From contig CAVURN010000005.1 in the NCBI GenBank assembly GCA_963743915.1, positions 224,001-288,000 of the forward strand: DNA of 64,000 nt, written 5' to 3'. The position numbers were made by a program, and so were the translations under genes. Source of the DNA: an uncultured Actinomycetota bacterium. GTDB lineage: Bacteria > Actinomycetota > Actinomycetes > JAHEKZ01. Shown piece by piece: positions 9,729 through 19,092 of the stretch; the first letter of the stretch is position 1, and each line of letters starts with the position of its first letter. Below the pieces are notes generated by a model. The model was not told the origin of the DNA and made no database searches. It saw only the letters and a list, made by a program, of their open reading frames with translations.

Positions 9729-11333
9729 TCAGACCTTGGAACGCTCCAAGGGGGGTTCGGCGTCGGTGGTTTTGAATTGGGCGATGGAGGAGCGACAGGT
9801 CGGCGGCGAGGGTGTTCAGCTCGGTCGCGGCGGCGGCGGCCTGCTTGGAGCCGACCGCGTACTGCCGGGACACATCAGCGACCTGACCCATCGCCGAGAC
9901 CACCTGCTCCGACGCCGACCTTTGCTGCTGGGTCGCAATGGAAATCTCTTTGGCCGCAGTGGTCGTCTCATCGACCATCCCAGAGATCTTCTCCAACGCC
10001 CCCACCACATCCCGCGCCAACGCCGACCCCGCATGCACCTGCCGCGACCCCTCCTCAGAGGCCACGATCGTCGCGTTCGTCTCCGCCTGGATCTGCGTCA
10101 CGATCGACTGGATCTGCCCCGCCGACTCCTGCGACCGCTCCGCCAACTTCCGGATCTCCGCCGCCACCACCGCAAACCCCCGACCATGCTCCCCCGCCCG
10201 AGCCGCCTCGATCGCCGCATTCAACGCCAACAAATTCGTCTGATCAGCCAACTCATCAATCACCTGCAAAATCCGGCCGATCTCCTGACCCTTCTCCCCC
10301 AACCCCAACGCCCGCGACGCAATCACATCCACCCGAGCCGCGATCTGATCCATCGACTCCACCGACGCCGACACCGCCACCTGACCCTGCTCAGCAAACC
10401 CCAACGTCTCCGACGCGAACGCCGCCACCTGCTCAGCCGTCTCCGCGATCTGCGCCGCCGTCGCCGCCAACTCCTCAATCGTCGCGCTCGTCTCCGCCAC
10501 CGCCGAGGACTGCTGCGACGCAGCAGCCGCCTGCTCCCGAGCCGCCACCAACACCTGAGACGCCGCCGCCCCAATCCGCTCCCCACCCGACCGCACCCCA
10601 GCCACCAACCCCCGCAACGACCCCACGGTTCGGTCGAGTGCGTGACCAAGCTCGTCGAGCTGCTCGGCCCGTGCTCCCACGTCGTCGCGCAGCGTCCAGG
10701 TGTTCGCCTCACGGTGACCGTCAGGTCGCCCTCGGCGGTCTCGACGAGCACGCGGGAGAGCTCCTCCACCCGGCTGCTGACCGCCGCCTCGAGCTGTTCG
10801 GCGGTGAAGCGCTCGGCATACAGGTCCGAGGCATAGAAGTAGACGACACCGACCAGGAAGGTCAGCGTGGCGCCGACGAGCAGACCGGTCTGCCAGTGGT
10901 CGGTCCAGGTGTCGGAGTACCAGCCGGCGATTCCGACCGAGGCACCCACCAGCAGGAGCCCACCGCGCAGCGAGTAGCCCAGCTCCACCGACATCCCCAG
11001 GTAGGGCGCCCACAGGAAAGCGAGAAAGAGGGTCGGCGCCGCCAGCCCGCCGGTGACGGCCACCAGGACGGCGACGAGCAGGATGCTCACGTACGTGGTG
11101 ACGCTCTCCCAGCGCATCGTGTCGACGAGTGACTGCCCCTGGTGAACGGCGCGCACCGCGAGTCCGGTGACCGACAGCGCGTTCGCCAGCAGCAGGCCGA
11201 CCGTGACGGCAGCACCCAGCCGGTGGGCGTCGGTGTCGATCGTCGACCACGCCATCCAGGTCGTCAGGACGGCCGCCAGCAGGACGATCCAGTGCTGGCC
11301 ACTCGACTCGATGCTGTTACGACGGGTGTACAC
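9729..11333 (-). CDS. methyl-accepting chemotaxis protein E (apparent frameshifts at ~10709, ~10687 and ~9793)
   Basis: N-terminal TM head in ORF 10323..11333, signalling domain in ORF 9316..11250; removing three single bases gives ...[32 protein letters not shown]...[15 protein letters not shown]. Confidence 0.85.
9759..10625. repeat. MCP signalling-domain repeat, copy E
   Basis: near-identical to the other copies. Confidence 0.95.
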
Positions 11334-11362
11334 CGCGCCTCCTCGTGGGGTGAAGGGACGGG

Positions 11363-11869
11363 TCAGACAGCCGCTCGACGCGCTGACGGAAGCTGGTCGC
11401 GCAGACGCAGGACCGCCTCGGTCGCGAGCAGCGCGACCGGACCGTCGACGTCCACGACCCCCTGCACGAGGGGTGCGATACCGGTCGCGATGGTCGCGGG
11501 GATCGGCTCGAGCGCGTTGGGGTCACAGTCGAGCAGGCCCGGCACCATGTCCGCGACGAGACCGACCTCGACGTCGTCCTCGGACAGCACGACGAGGCGG
11601 GCACTCGTGGGCATCGGCGACAGCGGTGCCCCCACAAGCGGCCGCAGGTCGACCACGGGCAGGACGCGCCCGCGCCAGTTCACGACGCCGGAGAGCCAAG
11701 CCGGGGCGCCGGGAACGCGGGTCACGACGGGGACCGGGACCACCTCGGCGACGCTGGCCATGTCCACGGCATAACGGGCTCCGGCGAAGCGCAGGATCAC
11801 CCCGCCGATCGGCGCGACGTGCTCGTCGGCCTCGGCGGCGTCGGCAAGGCTGGTCGGTGCTGACTCCAC
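11363..11869 (-). CDS. cheW: chemotaxis coupling protein CheW
   Basis: RYAVDMASVAEVV..VTRVPGAPAWLSGVVNWRGRVLPVVDL CheW signature; GTG start 7 nt after the -10 box. Confidence 0.9.
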   Translation of the reverse strand: MESAPTSLADAAEADEHVAPIGGVILRFAGARYAVDMASVAEVVPVPVVTRVPGAPAWLSGVVNWRGRVLPVVDLRPLVGAPLSPMPTSARLVVLSEDDVEVGLVADMVPGLLDCDPNALEPIPATIATGIAPLVQGVVDVDGPVALLATEAVLRLRDQLPSARRAAV

Positions 11870-11876
11870 GGACAGA

Positions 11877-11905
11877 CCATCGGCCGTCCGGGTGACGACC
11901 TGAAG
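11877..11905 (-). promoter_or_regulatory. sigma-28-like promoter heading the cheW-MCP cluster (probably leaderless), overlapped by a BldM/WhiI-like box
   Basis: CTTCAG-N15-GCCGATGG; + strand TCGGCCGTCCGGGTGA at 11880-11895. Confidence 0.65.
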
Positions 11906-11913
11906 TGCCGAGA

Positions 11914-13857
11914 TCAGGAGCGCGCGGGGGCCTTCCCGGGCTCCCGGAGGTCGATCACCTGATCCGTCGAGGCCCCCTGGGCCTCGAGGAGGATGTCCGT
12001 GATCTCCCGGCCGATCAGCTCCTCGCGCTCGAGCAGGGCGTCGCGGAGGGCCTCGACGAGGTGGGTGTTCTCCTCGAGGAGCGCCTTGACGACGACCTTT
12101 TGCTCCTGGAGGAGGTCCTCGACAGCGGCTCGGCCGGATCCGTCGGCCAGCACGCGTCCGACGATGTTGCTGTCGTTGAAGGCGCTGTTCTGCACCGCCG
12201 CGAACGAGATCAGCGAGTCGAGCATCCCGCACGAGCCCACCATCTCGGCTGCGACGTTCGTGGCATACAGGAGGTCTCCCCCCGGGCCGGTCGACACGTC
12301 ACCGAAGAAGATCTCCTCCGAGCACTGACCGCCGAGGGCGATCTGGATGAGGGCCAGCATCTCGGAGCGTGACCTCGTGTAGACCTCTTCGGCGTCACCG
12401 TGCGCCAACATGCCGAGCGCCGAACGCCGCTTGACGATGGTGAGGACCTCCAGGCGGCGCTCCGGCGCCACCAGGAAGGCAGCCGTCGCATGGCCGGCCT
12501 CATGAGTGGCGATGAGCCGTCGTTCGTGGTCGGTGTAGGACACGGGCTGCCCCATGCCGACCTCTTCGACCAGCCGCGCCCGCTCGACGTCCTTCCACGT
12601 CATCGCCGAGTCACCCCGGCGAACCGCGTTCACCAGCGCCTCGTCGAGCAGGTGCTCGATCATCACCGGCGTGTACCCCTGGGTGGCACCGGCGAGCGAG
12701 TCCCGCCTGTCGTCGTCGTCCAGCTCCGCGTTGTGCGACTTGAGGGCCAGGTAGTGGTCGATGATCTCGCGGCGCCCGTTCTTGGTGGGCAGCTCGAAGG
12801 TGAGCCGGCGGTCGAAACGTCCAGGACGCAGGAGCGCGGGGTCGAGGTTGTCCGCGCGGTTGGTCGCGGCGATGAGCAGGATGTTGGTCGGCGGCGGCTC
12901 CGGACGCTGCATCTGCCGGTGAGCGGGCAGGTACAGGTTGGCCCTGTCCACCACCTTGGTCATCAGCTTCTGCCAGCCGGTCGGCTCGTCGAACGACTGC
13001 ATCTGCACGAGCAGCTCGTTGACCACACCACCCACGCCCTCGCTCACCACCGACGCGTTGGTCACCAGCCCGGCCGGCGTCCCGTAGCTGGAAGGCAGCG
13101 ACGTCAGGCCCCCGCACGCCTGGATGCCGAGCGACGCCAGCGACTGCGGCATCGAGGTCGCCGACAGACCCCCTCGGGCCATCGCGATGGCGTCGATCTC
13201 CTCGATGAAGCCGATCGCACCACCTTCCGATCGGGCCACCTTGCGCAGCTGCTTGAAGTACGAGCGGATCTTCCGGGCGGTCGCCCCGTAGTACATCGAC
13301 TGGAAGGACGTGGCGGACACGAACATGAAGGGCACGCCGGCCTCGCGAGCCATGGCCTTGGCGAGGAAGGTCTTGCCGGTGCCGGGGGCCCCTTCGAAGA
13401 GGAGTCCCCGCCGCGGCGTCCCGCCCATGTCGTTGGCGAAGGTGCGGTGGGCCAGGAACAGGTTGAGCGAGCGGACGACCTCCTCCTTGACCGGATCGAT
13501 GCCCTTGACGTCGTCCAGCCGGGTGGCGATCTGCTCGGGCCGGTACAGGACGTGTGGCGAGCGGCCCGCGCCGACCGTGGTTCCGACCAGGATCAGCAGC
13601 AGCGCACCGAAGAAGAGGATGGGAACGAGCAGGTACGCGTCGATGCTCGGCAGGCCCCAGCCCACCGGGTCGCCGGTGACGATCCGGTACCACAGGTAGG
13701 CGGCGGGGATCCCGAGCATCACCGCGAGGCTGCGCAGGCGGCGGCGACGGCGCTGCTCACGGGTGGCACCGACGTCGGCGTCGCGTGCGGTCAGCACCGT
13801 GGCGCTTCCCAGGCCCGTCGGCTTCTCCACCAGCTGATCACGCTCGGTGTCGGACAC
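11914..13857 (-). CDS. FtsH-like membrane AAA+ zinc metalloprotease (M41)
   Basis: two N-terminal TM segments; Walker A GAPGTGKT; Walker B FIEEID; SRH TNRADNLDPALLRPGRFDR; HEAGH zinc motif. Confidence 0.88.
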   Translation of the reverse strand: MSDTERDQLVEKPTGLGSATVLTARDADVGATREQRRRRRLRSLAVMLGIPAAYLWYRIVTGDPVGWGLPSIDAYLLVPILFFGALLLILVGTTVGAGRSPHVLYRPEQIATRLDDVKGIDPVKEEVVRSLNLFLAHRTFANDMGGTPRRGLLFEGAPGTGKTFLAKAMAREAGVPFMFVSATSFQSMYYGATARKIRSYFKQLRKVARSEGGAIGFIEEIDAIAMARGGLSATSMPQSLASLGIQACGGLTSLPSSYGTPAGLVTNASVVSEGVGGVVNELLVQMQSFDEPTGWQKLMTKVVDRANLYLPAHRQMQRPEPPPTNILLIAATNRADNLDPALLRPGRFDRRLTFELPTKNGRREIIDHYLALKSHNAELDDDDRRDSLAGATQGYTPVMIEHLLDEALVNAVRRGDSAMTWKDVERARLVEEVGMGQPVSYTDHERRLIATHEAGHATAAFLVAPERRLEVLTIVKRRSALGMLAHGDAEEVYTRSRSEMLALIQIALGGQCSEEIFFGDVSTGPGGDLLYATNVAAEMVGSCGMLDSLISFAAVQNSAFNDSNIVGRVLADGSGRAAVEDLLQEQKVVVKALLEENTHLVEALRDALLEREELIGREITDILLEAQGASTDQVIDLREPGKAPARS

Positions 13858-13961
13858 CGCGCCTCCTTCGCCCCTGCGCCCGGCCCCGCCATCACCGAGC
13901 GTCACGATGGTGCCCACTCTCCCCCAGCGTCAGCGAGCGCGACAGTGGGCGGAAGGGGGCG

Positions 13962-14876
13962 TCACCCGGTCGGCGTAAGGCCGGCGAACAGGTCGTGCTC
14001 GAGGCCGTCGTCACCGGTCGGCCCCAAGGTGCCGCGGGCCAGCCGGAAGTACTCCACGCCCATGGCTTCCGGACCGGCGAGCTCGGACAGCCGGAAGAAG
14101 TCGTTCTCGGTCCCCACCTGACTGAGATGTTCCCGAAGGGCGGCGATCTTGACCGGCTCGTGCTCCAGCGCTCGCACTCGGGTGGTGACCCACACGTCGT
14201 CCAGTGCCCAGTCGAGCTCCTGGCCCTCTTCGAGTCCGAAGAAGCCCTGACCCCCGGCGGCGACGAAGGCGTCGATGCCCTGCTGAACGGCGGACTGGGG
14301 CAGCGCCGTCCAGTACAGCTTGGACACCTCCCACGCGTCACCCAGCTCGGGGCGGAACGACGGGACCGCCGCCAGCAGCAACGCGTAGCTGGTCACCCGG
14401 TGTGCCTGGATGTGGTCCGGGTGGCCGTACTGACCGAAGTCGTCGTAGGTGACGACCACCTGGGGCCGCACGCGCCGGATCGTGCTCACCAGGTGCGTCG
14501 CCGCCTCGAGCAGGTCGGCCTGCCAGAAGCAGTCGGGGCGGTCGTTGGTGGGCAGACCCATCATTCCCGAGTCGCGGTAGCGCCCGGGGCCTCCGAGGTA
14601 CTCGTGGTCGGTGACGCCGAGAGCGGCCAGCGCCGAAGCCAGCTCGACGCGGCGGTGCCCACCCAGCTCGTCCCGTTCGTGCGCGGCCAGATGCCCCAGC
14701 TCGGGGACGAGGACCTCGCCCTCTTCACCCAGGGTGCAGGTGACCAGCGCCACGTGGGCTCCCTCGGTGACGTACTTCGCCATCGTCACACCGGTTCCGA
14801 TGGTCTCGTCGTCCGGATGCGCGTGGACGAGGAGCAGGCGGCGGTCGGCGGTCGGCACCGACGGGGAGGAAGACAT
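13962..14876 (-). CDS. mshB: GlcNAc-Ins deacetylase (mycothiol biosynthesis)
   Basis: VHAHPDDE, RYRDSGMMG and YGHPDHIQAH motifs; DLFAGL C-terminus. Confidence 0.85.
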   Translation of the reverse strand: MSSSPSVPTADRRLLLVHAHPDDETIGTGVTMAKYVTEGAHVALVTCTLGEEGEVLVPELGHLAAHERDELGGHRRVELASALAALGVTDHEYLGGPGRYRDSGMMGLPTNDRPDCFWQADLLEAATHLVSTIRRVRPQVVVTYDDFGQYGHPDHIQAHRVTSYALLLAAVPSFRPELGDAWEVSKLYWTALPQSAVQQGIDAFVAAGGQGFFGLEEGQELDWALDDVWVTTRVRALEHEPVKIAALREHLSQVGTENDFFRLSELAGPEAMGVEYFRLARGTLGPTGDDGLEHDLFAGLTPTG

Positions 14877-14911
14877 GGAGCCGACTGTACGACTGCTGGT
14901 TGGATGGAGGA

Positions 14912-17008
14912 ATGACGCACCCCGCTGGTGACAGCTTCCCCCGCCAGAACGCCCGGACTCAGCGCTTCACGCTCGGTCGGCCGAGATCGTTCTCGGTGTC
15001 GGAGGACGGCAGCACCGTGCTGTTCGTGCGCTCCGCTTCAGGCTCGGACCGGAGTGGACGTCTGTGGCGCTGGACGGCTGCCGACGGCGAGGTCGAGCTC
15101 GTGGACCCCGGCACCCTGCTGTCCGGGGACCACGAGCAGCTCAGCCCCGAGGAGCGGGCCCGACGTGAGCGGGCCCGCGAGGCCGCTGGGGGGATCGTGG
15201 CCTACACGGTGGACCGGTCCTTCGCCCGTGCTGCCTTCACTCTCTCCGGTCGGCTCTTCGTGACCGACATCGCCGACGGAAAGACGCAGGAGCTGCCCAC
15301 CAGCTCTCCAGTGATCGACCCGCGGATCGATCCCACCGGGCAGCGCCTCGCCTATGTCGCCGGAGGTCGCCTCTCCGTCGTCGAGCTCGCCGACGGCACG
15401 GCGCGCACCGTGACCCCCGAGGAGGGCTCGGACACGGTCAGCTGGGGCATGGCCGACTTCGTCGCAGCCGAGGAGCTCGACCGAAGTCGCGGGTTCTGGT
15501 GGTCTCCGGACGGCAGCCGGCTGCTCGTGCAGCGGACGGACGAGGCGGAGGTCACCACCTGGCACGTCAGCAACCCTGCCGACCCCACCGCGCCGGCGGT
15601 CCCGCACCGCTATCCCGCGGCCGGTTCCGCCAATGCCAGCGTCTCACTGTGGGTGGTACCTCTCGAAGGTGAGCCGGTTGCCGTCGACCTCCCGGACGGA
15701 GCCGAGTACGTCGCGACCGTCCACTGGGGCGAGGGCGGCCTGCCGATCGTGTCCGTCCTCGACCGGGCCCAGCAGCGCATGACCTGGCTGGCCGTCTTCC
15801 CGGACGACGGCAGCACCCGCGCGGTGCGCACGGTCACCGACCCGGCGTGGGTCGACGTCGTCCCCGGGACGGGCTGCTGGGACGCCGACGGCCGCCTGCT
15901 GACCGTCGAGGTGCGGGACGGTGACTATGCACTCTGCTCCGACGGGGAGCGTCGCAGCCCGGCTGGACTCCAGGTACGCGCCATCCTCGACGTCGGCGAG
16001 GACGTGCTCGTCCAGGCGTCGGCGGACCCGGGCGACCAGCAGGTGTGGCGGATGTCTGCGCACGGTGCCGAGATCCTCACCGCGGCACCCGGGTGGCATC
16101 TCGCGGCGCGGGGCGGCTCGACCGTCGTGACGGTGGCCGCCACCCTCGAAGAGCCGCTGCCCGTCACCACGATCGACGATGGGGAGACGCAGCACCAGGT
16201 GGCGTCCTTCGCGGAGCTCCCGCTGCTCGAGCCACGCGTGACCTTGCTCCCCGCGCAACCCGACCAACCCCGCGTCGCCGTGGTGATGCCGACCGACTGG
16301 CAGCCGGGGAGCGGGAAGCTCCCCGTGCTGCTGGATCCGTACGGCGGCCCGCACTTCGCCAGCGTGATGCACCACCAAGGCGCCTTCCGCGAGAGCCAGT
16401 GGTTCGCCGACCAGGGCTTTGCGGTGGTGGTGGTCGATGGTCGAGGTACGCCAGGGACGCCGGCCTGGGAACGCGCCGTCCGGTACGACGTGGCCTCCGT
16501 CGTGCTCGAGGACCAGGTGACCGGCCTCCACGCAGCTGCGCACGCGTTTCTGGACCTCGATCTCGACCGGGTGGCGATCCGGGGCTGGTCGTTCGGCGGG
16601 TACCTCGCGGCGATGGCCGTCATCGATCGGCCGGACGTGTTCCACGCCGCCGTCTCGGGCGCTCCGGTCACCGACTGGCGGCTCTACGACACGGGCTACA
16701 CCGAGCGCTACCTCGGTCTGCCCGACGACAACCCCGAGGTGTATGCGCGCACCGGTCTCCTCGAGCGCGCACCCGGCCTCTCCCGGCCGCTCCAGCTGAT
16801 CCACGGGTTCGCCGACGACAACGTCTTCGTCGCGAACACCCTGAAGCTCTCACAGGCGCTCACCGAGCACGGGCGCCCGCACGAGGTCGTGCCGCTGACC
16901 GGCATCACGCACATGGCCACGCAGGAACAGGTGGCCGAGAACCTGATGCTGCTGCAGGTCGACTTCCTGCGCCGGGCGCTCAGCCTGCCGGGAGCCGCGT
17001 CAGGCTGA
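14912..17008 (+). CDS. S9 family dipeptidyl peptidase IV-like serine peptidase
   Basis: beta-propeller N-terminus (WWSPDG); GWSFGG nucleophile; HGFADDNV; catalytic His. Confidence 0.9.
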   Translation: MTHPAGDSFPRQNARTQRFTLGRPRSFSVSEDGSTVLFVRSASGSDRSGRLWRWTAADGEVELVDPGTLLSGDHEQLSPEERARRERAREAAGGIVAYTVDRSFARAAFTLSGRLFVTDIADGKTQELPTSSPVIDPRIDPTGQRLAYVAGGRLSVVELADGTARTVTPEEGSDTVSWGMADFVAAEELDRSRGFWWSPDGSRLLVQRTDEAEVTTWHVSNPADPTAPAVPHRYPAAGSANASVSLWVVPLEGEPVAVDLPDGAEYVATVHWGEGGLPIVSVLDRAQQRMTWLAVFPDDGSTRAVRTVTDPAWVDVVPGTGCWDADGRLLTVEVRDGDYALCSDGERRSPAGLQVRAILDVGEDVLVQASADPGDQQVWRMSAHGAEILTAAPGWHLAARGGSTVVTVAATLEEPLPVTTIDDGETQHQVASFAELPLLEPRVTLLPAQPDQPRVAVVMPTDWQPGSGKLPVLLDPYGGPHFASVMHHQGAFRESQWFADQGFAVVVVDGRGTPGTPAWERAVRYDVASVVLEDQVTGLHAAAHAFLDLDLDRVAIRGWSFGGYLAAMAVIDRPDVFHAAVSGAPVTDWRLYDTGYTERYLGLPDDNPEVYARTGLLERAPGLSRPLQLIHGFADDNVFVANTLKLSQALTEHGRPHEVVPLTGITHMATQEQVAENLMLLQVDFLRRALSLPGAASG

Positions 17009-18052
17009 CGGGTCGGCGATCAGGGAAGCGTCGCCAGCCTCTTCGCCCTGGATGACCGCCACGGTCTCCGGCTCCACCGGGAAGTGGCAGGCGACCTGGT
17101 GGCTCGGCGCCATCTCGCGCAGCACCGGCTTCTCCTGAGCACAGAGATCCTGCGCCCGGGGGCACCGGGTACGGAACACGCAGCCGCTCGGCGGGTCGAT
17201 CGGGCTCGGCAGGTCACCCTCGAGCAGGATTCGCTTCCGCCTGCGCTCGAGGTTCGGGTCCGGCACAGGGACAGCCGACAGCAGAGCGACCGTGTACGGG
17301 TGCCGCGGGTTGGCGTAGAGCTGGTCGGCGGGCGTGTACTCGACGATGTTGCCGAGGTACATGACGGCGACGCGGTCGGAGATGTGCCGGACCACCGACA
17401 GGTCGTGGGCGATGAACAGGTAGGCGATGCCGAACTCGTTCTGCACGTCCTCGAGCAGGTTGACCACCTGCGCCTGGATCGACACGTCGAGCGCCGAGAC
17501 CGGCTCGTCGCACACGATCAGCTTCGGCTGCAGGGCGACGGCGCGCGCGACACCGATCCGCTGACGCTGGCCGCCGGAGAACTCGTTGGGATACCGGTTG
17601 TAGTGCTCCGGGTTCAGGCCCACCCGCTCCATGAGCTCCTGGACGGTCCGCCGTAGACCGCCTTCGGGCTCGATGCCCTGGATCTTGAACGGCGCGCTGA
17701 TGATGGTGCCGACGGTGTGCCGCGGGTTCAGCGACGAGTACGGGTCCTGGAAGATCATCTGCATCTCGCGACGCAGCGGAACGAGCTCGCGCCGGGACAT
17801 GTGGGTGATGTCGCGGCCCATGAACTCGACGGTGCCGCCGGTGGGCTGCAGCAGGCGGAGCATCGCGCGTCCGGCCGTCGACTTGCCCGACCCGCTCTCC
17901 CCGACGAGTCCGAGGGTCTCACCGGCGTGGATCTCGAGGTCGATCCCGTCGACCGCCTTCACCTCACCGATGGTGCGCTTGAACACCACACCCTTCGTCA
18001 CGGGGAAATGCATGTGCAGACCCCGAGCCTGCATCACCGGCGCGTCACTCAT
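17000..18052 (-). CDS. oligopeptide/dipeptide ABC transporter ATP-binding subunit (OppF/DppF-like)
   Basis: [27 protein letters not shown]-terminal GCVFRTRCP. Confidence 0.92.
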   Translation of the reverse strand: MSDAPVMQARGLHMHFPVTKGVVFKRTIGEVKAVDGIDLEIHAGETLGLVGESGSGKSTAGRAMLRLLQPTGGTVEFMGRDITHMSRRELVPLRREMQMIFQDPYSSLNPRHTVGTIISAPFKIQGIEPEGGLRRTVQELMERVGLNPEHYNRYPNEFSGGQRQRIGVARAVALQPKLIVCDEPVSALDVSIQAQVVNLLEDVQNEFGIAYLFIAHDLSVVRHISDRVAVMYLGNIVEYTPADQLYANPRHPYTVALLSAVPVPDPNLERRRKRILLEGDLPSPIDPPSGCVFRTRCPRAQDLCAQEKPVLREMAPSHQVACHFPVEPETVAVIQGEEAGDASLIADPSA

Positions 18053-19092
18053 CCGGTCCTCCCCCCGCCGTCAGGACACCCAGCCGTTCCTGGGCGATCT
18101 CCCGCCTGCGCTCGGGCGGCAGGTGACAGCGGACCTCGTGCCCCGGGACCGTCTCGACCATGCGAGGGCGGACGTCCAGGCAGGCGTTGTCCGGCACCTC
18201 GTCCTTGTAGGGACAGCGGGGGCGGAAGACACAGCCGGCGGGCAGGTTGATGAGCGACGGAGGCTGGCCGGGGATCGGGTCGAGCCGTGCCGTCCGCGGC
18301 TGGTCCATGCGCGGCATGGAGGCCAGCAGCCCCAGGGTGTACGGCATCTCCGGCCGGTAGTAGACCTCGTCGACGGTGCCTCGCTCGACCAGCCGGCCCC
18401 CGTACATCACGGCCACCTGGTCGGCGACCTCGGCCACCACGCCGAGGTCGTGGGTGATGACGATCAACGCGGTGTGGAACTCCTGCTGCAGGCTCTTGAT
18501 CAGCTCGAGGATCTGCGCCTGCACGGTGACGTCGAGTGCCGTGGTGGGCTCGTCGGCGATCAGCAGGTCCGGTGAGTTGATGAGCGCCATCCCGATCATC
18601 ACCCGCTGCCGCATGCCGCCCGACAACTGGTGCGGGTAGTCGTCGATGCGGCGGTCGGCGCTCGGGATGCCGACCTTGTCGAGCATGTCGATGGCCTGGG
18701 CCCGAGCGTCCTGCTTGGAGATGTCCTGGTGCACCCTGATCGCCTCGACCAGCTGCTTGCCGATCCGGTAGAAGGGGTGGAGCGACGAGAGCGGGTCCTG
18801 GAAGATCATCGCCATCTCACGGCCGCGCAGCGACCGCAGGGCCTCATCGCTCTCGGCCACCAGATCGATGCCGTTGATGGTCACCGATCCGCTGACCGAG
18901 GCAGCCTTGCGGTTGATGAGCCCCAGGATGGCCTGACTGGTCACACTCTTGCCAGACCCGGATTCCCCGACGATGGCAAGGGTCTGACCACGCTCGAGGT
19001 CGAAGTTGACGCCGTCAACTGCACGGACGATCCCGTCCTCGGTCGGAAACTCGACGACCAGGTTGCGGACTGACGAGGTAGGGATCCGTCAC
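18045..19092 (-). CDS. oligopeptide/dipeptide ABC transporter ATP-binding subunit (OppD/DppD-like); extra base at ~19074
   Basis: repaired N-terminus [27 protein letters not shown]...GESGSGKS; LSGGMRQR; DEPTTALD. Confidence 0.88.

Noticed and set aside
2328-10625. Repeats as IS elements, a CRISPR array or DGR template/variable repeats
   Set aside because: They are in-frame MCP coding sequence. I see no transposase, terminal inverted repeats, short repeat-spacer periodicity, reverse transcriptase or adenine-specific variation.
782-11132. Long + strand ORFs (1194, 599, 535, 451, 404 aa, etc.) repeated across the MCP array
   Set aside because: These are antisense shadows of high-GC coding sequence with low-complexity Arg/Pro/His content and no domain motifs.
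2302-11333. Shufflon or invertible cassette system
   Set aside because: All copies are direct repeats, and no site-specific recombinase or inverted recombination sites are visible in the window.
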